NCBI GenBank assembly: GCA_035703635.1
Contig: DASSXV010000010.1
Coordinates: 1 to 64,000, forward strand
DNA length: 64,000 nucleotides
Reading direction: 5' to 3'
Source of the DNA: Trueperaceae bacterium
Lineage (GTDB): Bacteria; Deinococcota; Deinococci; Deinococcales; Trueperaceae
Shown here: positions 20,423 to 30,920 of the stretch, one piece after another
Layout: every line of letters begins with the position of its first letter
Numbering within the stretch: the first letter of the stretch is position 1
Program-made: the position numbers and the translations under genes
The notes under the pieces: generated by a model
Database searches by the model: none
What the model was told of the DNA's origin: nothing
The model's input: the letters and a program-made list of their open reading frames with translations, nothing else

Positions 20423-21753
20423 GGCGAGCCCCAGAGTAACAACAGGGCGTCGCGTAAGGTTCCGACTCCATCCGGCAGCTCCCGCGAGCGCGGCCCGACG
20501 AGCCGCGGGTGACCAGCGCGCTTGGCCTCGTCGAGGCGCCTGCCTAGCTGGCTGACTGAGCGCAACTCGCCAGCCAACCCCACCTCGCCGACGAACGCCG
20601 TGCGATCAGGTGCAGGTTTGTTGGTAACCGCCGAGTAGACGGCCATCGCAACGGCGAGGTCGGCGCCAGGGTCGGTGACGCGCAGTCCGCCAGCCACGTT
20701 GACGAACACGTCAAGCGCTTCGAGCGGCAGGTCGAGGCGGCGCTCGAGGACCGCCAGCACCACGTCAACGCGGCGGGCGTCCAACCCTTGAACGACGCGG
20801 CGCGGGGCGGAGTACGGACTCTTCGATGCCAAGGCCTGAACTTCGAGGAGGAGGGGCCGTTGGCCTTCCAGCGCGGCCACGACGACCGACCCTGGCGCGC
20901 CGATGGGTCGCTCGGCGAGGAACGCTTCGCTCGGGTTGGCAACGGCGCGCATGCCGCTACCCGTCATCTCGAACACCCCGACCTCGCCGGCCGGACCGAA
21001 GCGGTTCTTCATGGCGCGCACCACGCGCAGGCCAGCGGCGGACTCGAGGGCGAAGGTGGCGTCCACCACGTGCTCGATGACTTTAGGGCCGGCGATCGAG
21101 CCCTGTTTGGTGACGTGACCGATGAGGACTAACGTCGTGCCTGCCGCCTTGGCAGCGTCGACGAGTATGGCGGTCGAGTCTCGCAAGCTCGTAAGCGTGC
21201 CAGGCACCCCGCCAGCCTCGACTACCAAGGTCTGGATGGAGTCGACGATGACCAGGTCCGGCGCGGTTGCGCGCAAGTGGTCGGCTATGACGTGGGCGTC
21301 GTTCTCGCGCGTGAGCTCGAGGCCAGCGCCGAGGCCCAAGCGGTCGGCGCGCAGGCGCACTTGCGCCGGCGACTCTTCGCCAGCCACGTAGAGCACCCTG
21401 CGGCCGGCGGCAACGGCGTGTTGAGCGAGTTGCAGCAGCAGCGTCGACTTGCCTATCCCTGGTTCGCCGGCGAGTAGTGCGGCCGAACCGACCACCCAAC
21501 CGCCACCCAAGACGCGGTCGACTTCGGCGTCACCACTCGAGTAGCGCACCAAGCTGGCGTCAGATACTTCGTCGAGGCGGACGGCCTCGAGGCGCCGCGC
21601 TTGGCCGCGCGCTCGACCAGCCGCTCGTGGCGCCGCTTGCGGCGCCTCCTCGGCCACCATGCTGCCCCAGGTGCCGCAGATGGTGCAGCGCCCCGTCTGC
21701 AGAGGACTCTTGGCGCCACACTCGCGACAAACGTAGCCGGGTGAACGCGCCAT
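20419..21753 (-). CDS. radA: DNA repair protein RadA/Sms
   Basis: CRECG..CTICG zinc finger, GEPGIGKS, KNRFG, Lon-like C-terminal domain (GEVGLAGELR). Confidence 0.97.
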   Translation of the reverse strand: MARSPGYVCRECGAKSPLQTGRCTICGTWGSMVAEEAPQAAPRAAGRARGQARRLEAVRLDEVSDASLVRYSSGDAEVDRVLGGGWVVGSAALLAGEPGIGKSTLLLQLAQHAVAAGRRVLYVAGEESPAQVRLRADRLGLGAGLELTRENDAHVIADHLRATAPDLVIVDSIQTLVVEAGGVPGTLTSLRDSTAILVDAAKAAGTTLVLIGHVTKQGSIAGPKVIEHVVDATFALESAAGLRVVRAMKNRFGPAGEVGVFEMTGSGMRAVANPSEAFLAERPIGAPGSVVVAALEGQRPLLLEVQALASKSPYSAPRRVVQGLDARRVDVVLAVLERRLDLPLEALDVFVNVAGGLRVTDPGADLAVAMAVYSAVTNKPAPDRTAFVGEVGLAGELRSVSQLGRRLDEAKRAGHPRLVGPRSRELPDGVGTLRDALLLLWGSP

Positions 21754-21817
21754 CAGTGACTCTGCTGCGCCAGGTGCGCGACGCTAGCCAGTGCCCCCAG
21801 CATGGTCGACCGGCGCG

Positions 21818-24031
21818 TCAAACCAGCGGCACCGGCCGCGCGAAGACGGCCTTGTCGTTCTCGATGGTCACGAGCAGCGGCTCGGCGTTGCCGTGCTCGA
21901 GGAGTTCGAAGGAGAGAGGGTCCTCGATGTAGTCGCGGATGACGCCGCGCAGCGGCCTGACGCTGTCGCCGCGCGGTAAGCGGTCTACGAGGAACGCAGC
22001 TACTTCCGCGCCGAAGGTCACTTGAATGTCTCGCGCCTGCAACTCGCGGCGGATGTCGTCGAGCATCTGGTTGGTGATTATGACGACCTGCTCCTTGTCG
22101 AACGTCTCGAAGGCGATGACCTCATCGAGGCGGTCGAGGAATTCCGGCGAGAAGATGCCCTTCAGGGGCTGCTCCGGATCCTGCTGGGCGCTGGCGTCCT
22201 GGAAGCCGATGCTGCTGCCGGAGCGGTTGAAGCCCGTGTTGCTCGTCATGATGAGGATCACGCGCCTGAAGTCGACCGTGCGGCCGAGGCCGTCGGTCAG
22301 TCGACCGTCGTCTAGCACTTGCAGGAAGGTGTTGTAGATGTCGGGGTGCGCCTTCTCGATCTCGTCGAGGAGCACGACGCTGAACGGCTGCCGCCTGACG
22401 GACTCAGTCAAGCGCCCGCCTTGCTCGTGCCCGACGTAACCGGGAGGGGCGCCGATGAGCTTGCTGATCGAGTGCGGTTCCTGGAACTCACTCATGTCGA
22501 GGCGCACGAGCGACCGTTCGCTGCCGAAGAGGAACACCGCCAGCTCTTTGGCGAGGAAAGTCTTGCCGACGCCGGAAGGACCGACGAAGAGGAAGGAGGC
22601 AGCCACGCGCGTGCGGCCGCCAAGGCCAACGCGCGAGCGCCTAAGTGCGGCGCCGAGGGCGCGGATGGCTTTCGTCTGCCCAACGACCTTGCGACTGAGG
22701 TGCTCCTCGATGTGGGCGACCTTCTCGTCGTCACGGTCGTCGATGTAGATGCCGCCCCACGAGTTCACGACGGCCTCGAGGTCCTCGCGACTTACGATCG
22801 GTGTGCCGTCCGGCTCCTCGAGCACGGGGAAGCCGAGCGACTTGTTGAGGCGCGTGCGCGACGCCGCCTCGTCGATCAGGTCGATGGCCTTGTCTGGGAA
22901 GTTCCTGCCAGGCAGGCTCCGCTCGCCGAAACGGACGGCCAACTCGAGCATCTCGCGGGGGATGACAACGCCGTGGTGCGCCTCGTACTTGTCGCGCAGG
23001 CCAACGAGGATCTCGAGCGACTCGGCTGGCGAGGGCTCGAGGACGATGACGGGCTGGAAGCGCCGCTCGAGGGCGGCGTCCTTCTCGATGTAGCGGTGGT
23101 ACTCACCTGTCGTGGTCGCGCCGATGACCTGCACCTCGCCGCGCGATAGCGGCGGCTTGAGGATGTTTGCCGCGTCGAGCGTGCCCTCCGCGCCGCCGGC
23201 GCCCACCAGGGTATGCAGCTCGTCGATGAAGGCGACCACTCGGGCCCTGCGCAGCTCCTCGATGATCTGGCGCAAGCGCTCCTCGAACTCGCCGCGGTAC
23301 TTGGTGCCAGCGACGACGTTGCTTAGTTCGATGGACAACACCCGCAGGTTGAGGAGGTTGGGCGGCACGCGGCCCTCGACGATGGCCTGTGCGAGGCCCT
23401 CGACGATGGCCGTCTTGCCGACGCCGGGTTCGCCGATGAGGACGGGGTTGTTCTTGGTGCGGCGCGACAGAATCTGGATGACGCGCCTGATCTCTTCGGT
23501 GCGCCCGATGACCGGGTCGAGCTTGCCGTCGCTGGCTTCACGCGTGAGGTCGCGGGCGTACTCGTCGAGGAACGGCGTGTTGACCGCCTCCGCCTGCCCT
23601 TTCGGGTCGGCGGCCGCCAGGATGCGCCAACGCACGGAGTCGACATCGCGCGTCAGGTTCTGCAGGATGCGGTAGGCGACGCCGTCGCCCTCGCGGATGA
23701 TGCCGAGGAGGATGTGCTCGGTCGCGATGATGATCGACCCGAGGCTCCGCGCCTCGGAACCAGCCAACTCCATCACGCGCCTAGCGCGAGGCGTGATGGC
23801 CGCTGCTTCGTTCTTGGGGAGGCCGTCCCCACGACCGACCATCTCCTCGACCTGCAACCTGAAGTCATCCAACGACGCCCCGAACTCCTCCAAGACCTTG
23901 CTCGCCGTGCCGCTCTCCCGAAGCAGGCCTAGGAGCAGGTGCTCAGGGCCGATCATGGTGTGGCCAAGCTTGGCGCCTTCCTCACGTGCGTAATGGAAGA
24001 CTAGCCGGGCCCTGTCGTCGTATCTATTCAC
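21818..24031 (-). CDS. clpC: ATP-dependent Clp protease ATPase subunit (ClpC/ClpA family)
   Basis: Two Clp-N repeats, [34 protein letters not shown] ClpP-docking loop; clpC-radA-yacL synteny. Confidence 0.9.
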   Translation of the reverse strand: MNRYDDRARLVFHYAREEGAKLGHTMIGPEHLLLGLLRESGTASKVLEEFGASLDDFRLQVEEMVGRGDGLPKNEAAAITPRARRVMELAGSEARSLGSIIIATEHILLGIIREGDGVAYRILQNLTRDVDSVRWRILAAADPKGQAEAVNTPFLDEYARDLTREASDGKLDPVIGRTEEIRRVIQILSRRTKNNPVLIGEPGVGKTAIVEGLAQAIVEGRVPPNLLNLRVLSIELSNVVAGTKYRGEFEERLRQIIEELRRARVVAFIDELHTLVGAGGAEGTLDAANILKPPLSRGEVQVIGATTTGEYHRYIEKDAALERRFQPVIVLEPSPAESLEILVGLRDKYEAHHGVVIPREMLELAVRFGERSLPGRNFPDKAIDLIDEAASRTRLNKSLGFPVLEEPDGTPIVSREDLEAVVNSWGGIYIDDRDDEKVAHIEEHLSRKVVGQTKAIRALGAALRRSRVGLGGRTRVAASFLFVGPSGVGKTFLAKELAVFLFGSERSLVRLDMSEFQEPHSISKLIGAPPGYVGHEQGGRLTESVRRQPFSVVLLDEIEKAHPDIYNTFLQVLDDGRLTDGLGRTVDFRRVILIMTSNTGFNRSGSSIGFQDASAQQDPEQPLKGIFSPEFLDRLDEVIAFETFDKEQVVIITNQMLDDIRRELQARDIQVTFGAEVAAFLVDRLPRGDSVRPLRGVIRDYIEDPLSFELLEHGNAEPLLVTIENDKAVFARPVPLV

Positions 24032-24102
24032 GGAAGTCCGAGCCGGTACCGCCGGCCAGCGCGTGAGAAGGTGACTAAGAGCGGACGTTGCCGCATGAAC
24101 AT
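24028..24102 (-). CDS. Putative leaderless 24-aa uORF coupled to clpC
   Basis: TACTAT 6 nt upstream of ATG 24102; [24 protein letters not shown]; its TGA overlaps the clpC GTG (GTGA). Confidence 0.4.
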   Translation of the reverse strand: MFMRQRPLLVTFSRAGRRYRLGLP

Positions 24103-24323
24103 AGCCACATAGTACCCGTCGGGGCTTAGCTCAAGCTGCGACTTCGTTACCATTTCCTTCATCCGCGGGGCGCCACGCCGCAGACTTCGGCGCGGGCCGG
24201 AACTGCGCTAACGCTTACAATCGTCGGGTTACGGCGTCCGCACGCGCCTGCGCTAACCTGGCTACGCGGTGCGGCGGCGAGAGCTCCGGCCAACGAGTAA
24301 CCCGCGGCCGCACTAGGAGAAGC

Positions 24324-25196
24324 ATGCTGTTCCAAGAGATCCTTGCGCGCCTCGACCGCTATTGGGCTGAGCGCGGTTGCGTCATCGCCCCGCCGCAGGA
24401 CACGGAGGTGGGGGCGGGCACGTTCTACCCGACCACGTTCCTGCGCGCGCTCGGTCCTGAACCGTGGCGCGTCGCTGGCATAGCCCCGAGCCGCAGGCCG
24501 GCGGATGGGCGCTACGGCGACAACCCTTACCGCTTCCAGTACTTCTACCAGTACCAGGTCATCCTCAAGCCGTCGCCCGCTGACGTGCAGGGCCTCTACC
24601 TCGACTCGCTTTACGCGCTCGGGATCGACCCCAAGGCGCATGACATCCGCTTCGTAGAGGACAACTGGGAATCGCCCACGTTGGGTGCGTGGGGCCTCGG
24701 TTGGGAAGTGTGGATGGACGGCATGGAGATCACGCAGTTCACCTACTTCCAACAGGTCGCAGGAACCGACTGCAAGCCCGTGTCGGTCGAGCTCACTTAC
24801 GGCCTCGAGCGGCTCGCCATGTACCTCCAGGGCAAGGCGCACGCCTTCGACGTTGAGTTCGCACCCGGCGTAACGCTCGGCGACTTGCGTCGTGACCTAG
24901 AAATCCAGCACTCGCGCTACAACTTCGAGGAGTCGGACCCCGACCTGCAGCGCCTGCTGTTCGACAAGTTCGAGCACGAAGCGTACCGCCTGCTCGGCAA
25001 GCGCCTCGTCTACCCAGGCTACGAGTTCGTTCTGCGCTGCTCGCACGCCTTCAACCTTCTCGACGCCCGCGGCGTGCTCTCGCAGACCGAGCGCCAGGGG
25101 TACGTTCAGCGCGTGAGGCGCATGGCAGAGGCGACGGCCAAGGCGTACTTGGACTACGAGGCCGCCAAAGCGGCTGGGGGAGAGAGCCATGGCTGA
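24324..25196 (+). CDS. glyQ: Glycine--tRNA ligase alpha subunit
   Basis: [56 protein letters not shown]. Confidence 0.97.
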   Translation: MLFQEILARLDRYWAERGCVIAPPQDTEVGAGTFYPTTFLRALGPEPWRVAGIAPSRRPADGRYGDNPYRFQYFYQYQVILKPSPADVQGLYLDSLYALGIDPKAHDIRFVEDNWESPTLGAWGLGWEVWMDGMEITQFTYFQQVAGTDCKPVSVELTYGLERLAMYLQGKAHAFDVEFAPGVTLGDLRRDLEIQHSRYNFEESDPDLQRLLFDKFEHEAYRLLGKRLVYPGYEFVLRCSHAFNLLDARGVLSQTERQGYVQRVRRMAEATAKAYLDYEAAKAAGGESHG

Positions 25197-27357
25197 CCTC
25201 TTGTTCGAGGTGGGCACGGAAGAGCTGCCAAGCTGGTACGTCAGCTCCGGGGGAGATGCGCTCGTGGCGCTGATCACGGAGCGGCTGACGGCCGCGGAGC
25301 TCGTTCCGAGTGAGGTCATCGGTTATGCGACGCCGCGGAGACTAGCGGTGTGGGCGAAGGGCCTCCCAGCAGCAACGCCGCGCCGCGCGGAAGAGCGCCG
25401 CGGGCCGCCCGCCAACGTTGCCTTCGGCGCTGACGGCGCGTTGACCAAGGCGGCGCTAGCGTTCGCGGCCAAGAACGGTGTTGGCGACGCCGCGCTCAAG
25501 CGCCGCGACGACGACAAGGGCAGTTACCTTTACGCCACCGTGGAAGTCGGTGGCGAGGCGGCAACGGCAGTCCTGCCCGAGTTATTGGCGAGCGTCGTAC
25601 GCGACCTCCCTGCACCGCGCAAGATGCGTTGGGGGGACGAGCCGACGCCGTTCATCAGGCCGATCGCGTGGCTCCTCGCGCTGCTAGACGACAAGCCGTT
25701 GACGGTCGAGGTCGCAGGCGTCAAGTCGGGCACCGTGACGCGCGGCCACCGTTTCCTGCTGCCTGGCGAGTTCCAGATCACCAGCGCGGCCGAGTACGCG
25801 GAGGCGTTACGCGACCGCTACGTGCTCGTCGACCGCGCGGAGCGGCGCTCAGCCACCTGGCGCGCCGTGGAGGCGGCCGCCGCCGCCAACGGGCTCGTGG
25901 CGGAGCACGACAGCGCCCTCCTTGACGAGGTCACCGATCTGGTCGAGAGCCCGTTCGGGATCCTAGGGGAGTTCGCCTCGGGCTACCTGGAGTTGCCGGA
26001 GGAAGTGCTTGCGACCGTGATGGTCAAGCACCAACGCTTCTTCCCGACGCGGGCGCCGGGCGGCCGCTTGGCCTCCGCCTTCGTTGGCGTGTCCAACAAC
26101 AAGGTGGCTGACGAACAAGTAGTGCGCAAGGGCTACGAGCAAGTCCTCGCCGGCCGGCTATACGACGCGCGCTTCTTCTGGCGCTCTGACTTGCGCAAGA
26201 GCCTCTCGCAGCACGCGTGGGGTCTCAGCGGCATCGCGTTCCAGAAGGAACTCGGGAGCATGGCAGACAAGACCGCCCGTGTGGGTGAGACGGTCGGGCT
26301 CCTCCTTGACGCCCTTGCCTTGCCGCAGAGCGAAGCGGACGCGGCCAAGCAGGCGCTGCCGATCTTCCGCGCCGACCTTGCCACCGAGATGATCTTCGAG
26401 TTTCCGGAACTAGAGGGCGTGATGGCCCGCGCTTACGCGCTGGCGGAGGGATTGCCTCAGGCCACGGCAGACGCCCTGCTTGGCGGCGTCAGCCCCAAAA
26501 CGCATGAAGACGCCGTGCCTGCCACCGCGGCTGGCGCCGTGCTGGCGCTAGCCGATCGCGTCGACAAGTTGGTTGGCTTCTTCGCGCTAGGCAAGCGTCC
26601 ATCCGGGTCGGCCGACCCCTTCGCGTTGCGGCGCGACGGCCTTGCCGTGGCGCGAGTACTGGCGGCTAGCGGCTGGATGCTGCCCGTCACTACCCTCGTC
26701 GAGGCGGGGGCCGCAGCGTACGCCAACGGCCTCGTGACTGTTACCACCGATACGCAAGAGGCGGTCGTCGAGTTCATCTGGGACCGCGTCGCCTCGCTAC
26801 TCGTCGAGAACGGAGCCCCCGTCAACGCGGTGCGCGCGGCCATCCTTGGTTCAGTGACGGTGGTCGGGGCAGCGCGCCGCGTCGAACTGCTCACTGCCCT
26901 GCTTGCCCTGCCCGAGATGACGGACCTGATGGCCCTCTACAAGCGGGCCGCGAACCTCTCCAAGAGCAGCGGCCAACCCATCGACGGTCACGCTTTCGAC
27001 CGCCCAACCCGCGCGCTAGGCGCGGACGTCAGGCCCGCGCTCTTCAGCGAAGCGGTCGAGCAACCGCTCCTCGACGCGTTGCCTGCCGCCCAACGCGGCA
27101 TTCACGAGTTGTTGGCCCTCACCAAGCAACAACTCCCTGGGTGGGACCTGCGCGACCCGGCCCCGCGCAGCCTTACGGGCCTCGAGCCGCACGTTGCCGA
27201 GGTCGTCAGCATCAAGGCGCCGCTTGACGCCTTCCTAGACGGCGTACTCGTGCTGGCGGACGACGCCGACGTGCGGCGCAACCGCCTGGCGCTTCTATCC
27301 GAGGTCGTGCGCGTGCTGCGCCAACTCGGCAGCCTCGAGCAGTTGGCGGGCAGCTAG
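25189..27357 (+). CDS. glyS: Glycine--tRNA ligase beta subunit
   Basis: [50 protein letters not shown]. Confidence 0.96.
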   Translation: MADLLFEVGTEELPSWYVSSGGDALVALITERLTAAELVPSEVIGYATPRRLAVWAKGLPAATPRRAEERRGPPANVAFGADGALTKAALAFAAKNGVGDAALKRRDDDKGSYLYATVEVGGEAATAVLPELLASVVRDLPAPRKMRWGDEPTPFIRPIAWLLALLDDKPLTVEVAGVKSGTVTRGHRFLLPGEFQITSAAEYAEALRDRYVLVDRAERRSATWRAVEAAAAANGLVAEHDSALLDEVTDLVESPFGILGEFASGYLELPEEVLATVMVKHQRFFPTRAPGGRLASAFVGVSNNKVADEQVVRKGYEQVLAGRLYDARFFWRSDLRKSLSQHAWGLSGIAFQKELGSMADKTARVGETVGLLLDALALPQSEADAAKQALPIFRADLATEMIFEFPELEGVMARAYALAEGLPQATADALLGGVSPKTHEDAVPATAAGAVLALADRVDKLVGFFALGKRPSGSADPFALRRDGLAVARVLAASGWMLPVTTLVEAGAAAYANGLVTVTTDTQEAVVEFIWDRVASLLVENGAPVNAVRAAILGSVTVVGAARRVELLTALLALPEMTDLMALYKRAANLSKSSGQPIDGHAFDRPTRALGADVRPALFSEAVEQPLLDALPAAQRGIHELLALTKQQLPGWDLRDPAPRSLTGLEPHVAEVVSIKAPLDAFLDGVLVLADDADVRRNRLALLSEVVRVLRQLGSLEQLAGS

Positions 27358-27396
27358 GCGGAGCGCCTCGCCCCCACCACACGTATCGCCATAGCA

Positions 27397-27433
27397 GAAG
27401 CGAGCCCCGAGACTAACTCCCGGGGCTCGCTTC
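27397..27433. terminator. Hairpin between convergent glyS and tRNA-Leu
   Basis: 13-bp stem GAAGCGAGCCCCG / CGGGGCTCGCTTC. Confidence 0.75.
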
Positions 27434-27463
27434 GTTGCCTTGTTGCCGCTGAGCCGTTCCATC

Positions 27464-27550
27464 TGGTGCCGAAGGTGGGACTTGAACCCACACATCCTCT
27501 CGGACATACGACCCTGAATCGTACGCGTCTACCGATTCCGCCACTTCGGC
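27464..27550 (-). tRNA. tRNA-Leu (CAG)
   Basis: Reverse complement GCCGAAGTGGCGGAATCGGTAGACGCGTACGATTCAGGGTCGTATGTCCGAGAGGATGTGTGGGTTCAAGTCCCACCTTCGGCACCA: 87 nt, long variable arm, anticodon CAG. Confidence 0.97.
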
Positions 27551-27637
27551 ACGCGCTCAACGGGTTAGAAGAATACCTAGCGCCGCCGTCCCGCGCAAGT
27601 GCCGGCGCGCGAGGACGCCGCTCCGCGCGTGTCGGGC

Positions 27638-28726
27638 TCAGGTCAGGAGCTTGCCGCCAACTAGGAACGGCTCGCCGTCGAGGGTGACGGTGCCTTCCTC
27701 GCGCAAGTCGCAGACCAGGTCCCAGTGAATGCTGCTCTCGTTGCGCCCGCCCGTCTCGGGGTACGAGGAACCGAGCGCTAGGTGGATGGTGCCCAGGATC
27801 TTCTCGTCGAACAACGTCTGCATGGTCGGCACCGTGATGTGTGGGTTAGTGCCGATGCCGAGCTCCCCAAGGAAGCGCGAGCCGCCGTCCGTGTTCAGTT
27901 GCTGGTCGAGCACCTTCTGACCTTGCCTTGCCGTCGCCTCGACGACCTTGCCCGCCTCGAAGCGCAACGTAACGCCCTCTACCACCGTGCCTGCCACGCT
28001 GGACGGGATGGCGAAGTGGATGACCCCCTCAGCCGAGTCCTCGAGCGGACCCGTGAACACTTCGCCTGACGGCATGTTGCGCTTACCGTCGGAGTTCGTC
28101 CACGTGCGCCCCTTGACCCTCAAGCGCAGGTCAGTGCCTGGACCTTGGATCCTCACCTCGTCAGCTTGCGCGAGGCGATCGACCCAGCCCTGCTGCGCCT
28201 GGCCGAGTTCGCGCCAGCGCGCGGCCGGCTCGGGATCGTGGAGGAACATGGCGCCGTACACGAACCGCTCGTAGTCGTCCGTGCTCATGCCTGCCGCCTG
28301 AGCGGCGGCCGGGGTGGGGTAAAGCGTGCCGACCCAGCGCGTGCGCGTGACGCGGTGGCGCGTGACTTCCTTCAGGCGCTTCCCGAGCGCTGCCAGCCGC
28401 TCCGGAGCTGCGTCCTGCAGATGGTGTGAGTTCGTCGGGGCGGAGATGCGGGCGTAGGCGTCCATCCGCTTGATCTCGTCGAGTTGAACCAGTGGCTGTG
28501 ACGCGAGCAGGTCGTCAGACGCGAGTTCGAGCAAGTCGGCGGTCTGCTCCGGGTAACTCAACCTCAAGTGCGGTTCGGCGCCAGCGGCGAGCGCTTGACG
28601 CGTGAGCGCACGCGCCATAGGTAACGCACCCACCTCGACCTGCAGCAGGACGTTATCCTTCGGCCGGAGGTCTAGGCAGTACTCCACGAGCAATTTCGCG
28701 TAGCGATCGAGAATGGGGTGAATCAT
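27638..28726 (-). CDS. Aminopeptidase, peptidase M29 family (AmpT/PepS-like)
   Basis: NMPSGEVFTGP, LGELGIGTN, LFDEKI.GTIHLALGSSY, SSIHWD. Confidence 0.92.
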   Translation of the reverse strand: MIHPILDRYAKLLVEYCLDLRPKDNVLLQVEVGALPMARALTRQALAAGAEPHLRLSYPEQTADLLELASDDLLASQPLVQLDEIKRMDAYARISAPTNSHHLQDAAPERLAALGKRLKEVTRHRVTRTRWVGTLYPTPAAAQAAGMSTDDYERFVYGAMFLHDPEPAARWRELGQAQQGWVDRLAQADEVRIQGPGTDLRLRVKGRTWTNSDGKRNMPSGEVFTGPLEDSAEGVIHFAIPSSVAGTVVEGVTLRFEAGKVVEATARQGQKVLDQQLNTDGGSRFLGELGIGTNPHITVPTMQTLFDEKILGTIHLALGSSYPETGGRNESSIHWDLVCDLREEGTVTLDGEPFLVGGKLLT

Positions 28727-28739
28727 GCTGACGACGGTA

Positions 28740-29198
28740 TCACTCGTCGCGCGGGCCGCGTTCTACGGTGAACGCGCTCGACCCGATCGCCACGAGGGCG
28801 CCGTCGGCGTCGAAGACCTCTGCGCGCACGACGATGACGCTGCGGCCACTGCGCATGACCGTCGCCACGGCCTTCAACTCGGCGCCGCGACCGGGTCTAA
28901 GGAAGTCGACGCGCATGTCGATGGTCGCCACGGTCGGGGCGTGACTCAAGTCGTCGAGCGTGAGGGCGGCCGCCGCTCCGGAAGCGCCGTCTACCAGGGC
29001 GGCGATGAGCCCCCCATGTGGCATGCGCCGCACGACGTTGCCGATGTGCTCGTCGCGGACCGCAAGGGTGAGCGTGACGCTGCCAGCGGCGCGGTCGATG
29101 TTCGCGACCTTGAGCCCAAGGTGATGGTTGAAAGGGATGACGTCCTCGATCAGGGTCTTGATGGTGTTGTCGAGGGCGTTCGTTCGGCTACCAGTCAT
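28740..29198 (-). CDS. PaaI-family hotdog-fold thioesterase
   Basis: PFNHHLGL, HGGLIAALVD, TIDMRVDFLRPG; likely true start ATG 29198 (TAGCAT 5 nt upstream). Confidence 0.88.
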   Translation of the reverse strand: MTGSRTNALDNTIKTLIEDVIPFNHHLGLKVANIDRAAGSVTLTLAVRDEHIGNVVRRMPHGGLIAALVDGASGAAAALTLDDLSHAPTVATIDMRVDFLRPGRGAELKAVATVMRSGRSVIVVRAEVFDADGALVAIGSSAFTVERGPRDE

Positions 29199-29277
29199 GC
29201 CGCATGCTACCCACGTTGCGGCGCCCGTGAACGGCCAACACGCGCGCTCGCGGCGCCATCTCCTATCATGGGTGCAG

Positions 29278-30270
29278 ATGAGCGCCGACCGCCCCCCTAA
29301 ACGTAAGCCAGCACCACGAAGGCCAGCCGCTTCAAGGCCTTCCTCGCCCAAACCGACGGCGTCCAAGCCAGCGGGTGGTAAACCCTCCCGCGGCAAGCCT
29401 GCCAAGGGCCGACCGGCCACGGGCCGACCAGCAGATGCCAAGTCAGCGGCTGGCAAGCGGGCGAGCGCTCCACCAACCACGGGCGGGCAACTGCGCGGCG
29501 GCAAGCCAGCGAGGGCGCGTAAACCGTCTGCGCCAAAGCCGCAGGCGGAGAGCAACCTACCTGGTGAGCGCGTGCAGCGCCTCATCGCACGCGCAGGCAT
29601 CGCTAGCCGCCGTGCGGCTGAGGAACTGATCACGGCGCGGCGCGTCAAGATCAACGGCAAGTTGGCGCAACTCGGCGACCGCGCCATGCCAGGCGACGAC
29701 GTGCGCGTCGACGGCAAGCAAATCCACGTCAGCGAGGAGCACGTGACCTACGTGCTCAACAAGCCGATCGGTTACGTGACCACCGCGCATGACGAACGCG
29801 GCAGATCCACCGTCTTCGAGTTGCTGCCGCCGACGCCTGGCCTGCACTCCGTCGGACGCCTCGACCGCGGCTCGGAGGGCCTCCTGCTCCTGACTACCGA
29901 CGGTGACCTCACCCTCAAGCTCACTCACCCACGCTTCGAGCTCGAGAAGGAGTACCGCGTCTGGACGAAGCAGGGCCGCGTCGACGGCCCGACCCTTAAG
30001 CGCCTCCTAGCAGGCGTCGACCTCGAAGACGGGCCCGCCGCCGTACGCAGTGCGCGGCCAACGCCGGGCGGCGCCGTGGTCGTCCTAACGGAGGGGCGCA
30101 AGCGTGAGGTAAGGCGGCTCTTCAAGGCCGTCGGCTACACGGTGGAGCGCCTGGTGCGAATTCGCGTTGGCAGCCTCAAACTTGGCGACCTCGCCAGCGG
30201 CGGGTTCCGCGAGCTGTCGGCGAAGGAACTCAACGCCCTTGGGTATAATCACGACGAGCGGCGCGAGTAG
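29278..30270 (+). CDS. rRNA pseudouridine synthase (RluB/RsuA family) with basic low-complexity N-terminus
   Basis: S4 domain (SRRAAEELI), LNKPIG, VGRLDRGSEGLLLLT, HPRFELEKEY, EGRKREVRR. Confidence 0.92.
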   Translation: MSADRPPKRKPAPRRPAASRPSSPKPTASKPAGGKPSRGKPAKGRPATGRPADAKSAAGKRASAPPTTGGQLRGGKPARARKPSAPKPQAESNLPGERVQRLIARAGIASRRAAEELITARRVKINGKLAQLGDRAMPGDDVRVDGKQIHVSEEHVTYVLNKPIGYVTTAHDERGRSTVFELLPPTPGLHSVGRLDRGSEGLLLLTTDGDLTLKLTHPRFELEKEYRVWTKQGRVDGPTLKRLLAGVDLEDGPAAVRSARPTPGGAVVVLTEGRKREVRRLFKAVGYTVERLVRIRVGSLKLGDLASGGFRELSAKELNALGYNHDERRE

Positions 30271-30338
30271 CGTCAGCGACCGTGCCGCGGCCCACTGGGC
30301 CAAAACATTCAGGGCGTGCGCCCGCAAGGTCGGCGCCG

Positions 30339-30920
30339 ATGGAGTACCCGAGCGTGCAACCGCCTGATCCGAACACCCAAGTAGCTGAAAGCATCTTCCG
30401 TGAAGGCAGTGGCACCGTTCATATCGACCAGGCCACCATCGCCGCGCGCGTCGCCGAGCTTGGCAAGCAGATCACCGCCGACTACCCCGACGGCGACCTA
30501 CACCTGATCTGCGTCCTGAACGGCGCTTTCATCTTCATGGCCGACCTCGTGCGCGCCATCGACAGGCCCCTCACGCTCGACTTCCTGTCCGTGTCTTCGT
30601 ACGGCTCGAGAACGGAGTCTAGCGGCGAGGTGCGCCTCGTCAAGGACCTCGAGCAGAGCCTCAAGGGCCGTCACGTCGTGCTCGTGGAAGACATCGTGGA
30701 TACGGGCCTCACCATGCAGTACCTGTTGTCGTACTTGAGGGGGAGGAGCCCGGCCTCGGTGAAGGTCGCCACGCTGCTCAGCAAACCGTCGCGGCGCAAG
30801 GTCGAAGTGCCCATCGACTACGTTGGCTTCGTCATCGAGGACGCCTTCGTGTACGGCTTCGGCCTAGACGTCAACCACCGGCTCAGGAACCTTCCGTTCG
30901 TCACTAGCCAAGCGACTTGA
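30339..30920 (+). CDS. hpt: Hypoxanthine phosphoribosyltransferase
   Basis: VLNGAFIF.ADL, VSSYG, LVEDIVDTGLT, FVYGFGLD; start uncertain (30282/30339/30354). Confidence 0.94.
   Translation: MEYPSVQPPDPNTQVAESIFREGSGTVHIDQATIAARVAELGKQITADYPDGDLHLICVLNGAFIFMADLVRAIDRPLTLDFLSVSSYGSRTESSGEVRLVKDLEQSLKGRHVVLVEDIVDTGLTMQYLLSYLRGRSPASVKVATLLSKPSRRKVEVPIDYVGFVIEDAFVYGFGLDVNHRLRNLPFVTSQAT

Noticed and set aside
24115-24140. HspR (HAIR), CIRCE or CtsR operator upstream of clpC
   Set aside because: Only a partial CTTGAG half-site; no matching second half or tandem heptad
24216-24323. Canonical T-box riboswitch before glyQ
   Set aside because: No UGGNACC T-box or terminator/antiterminator visible, and the leader is short
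27397-27550. tRNA-Leu as an att site
   Set aside because: Flanked directly by glyS and an aminopeptidase; no insert
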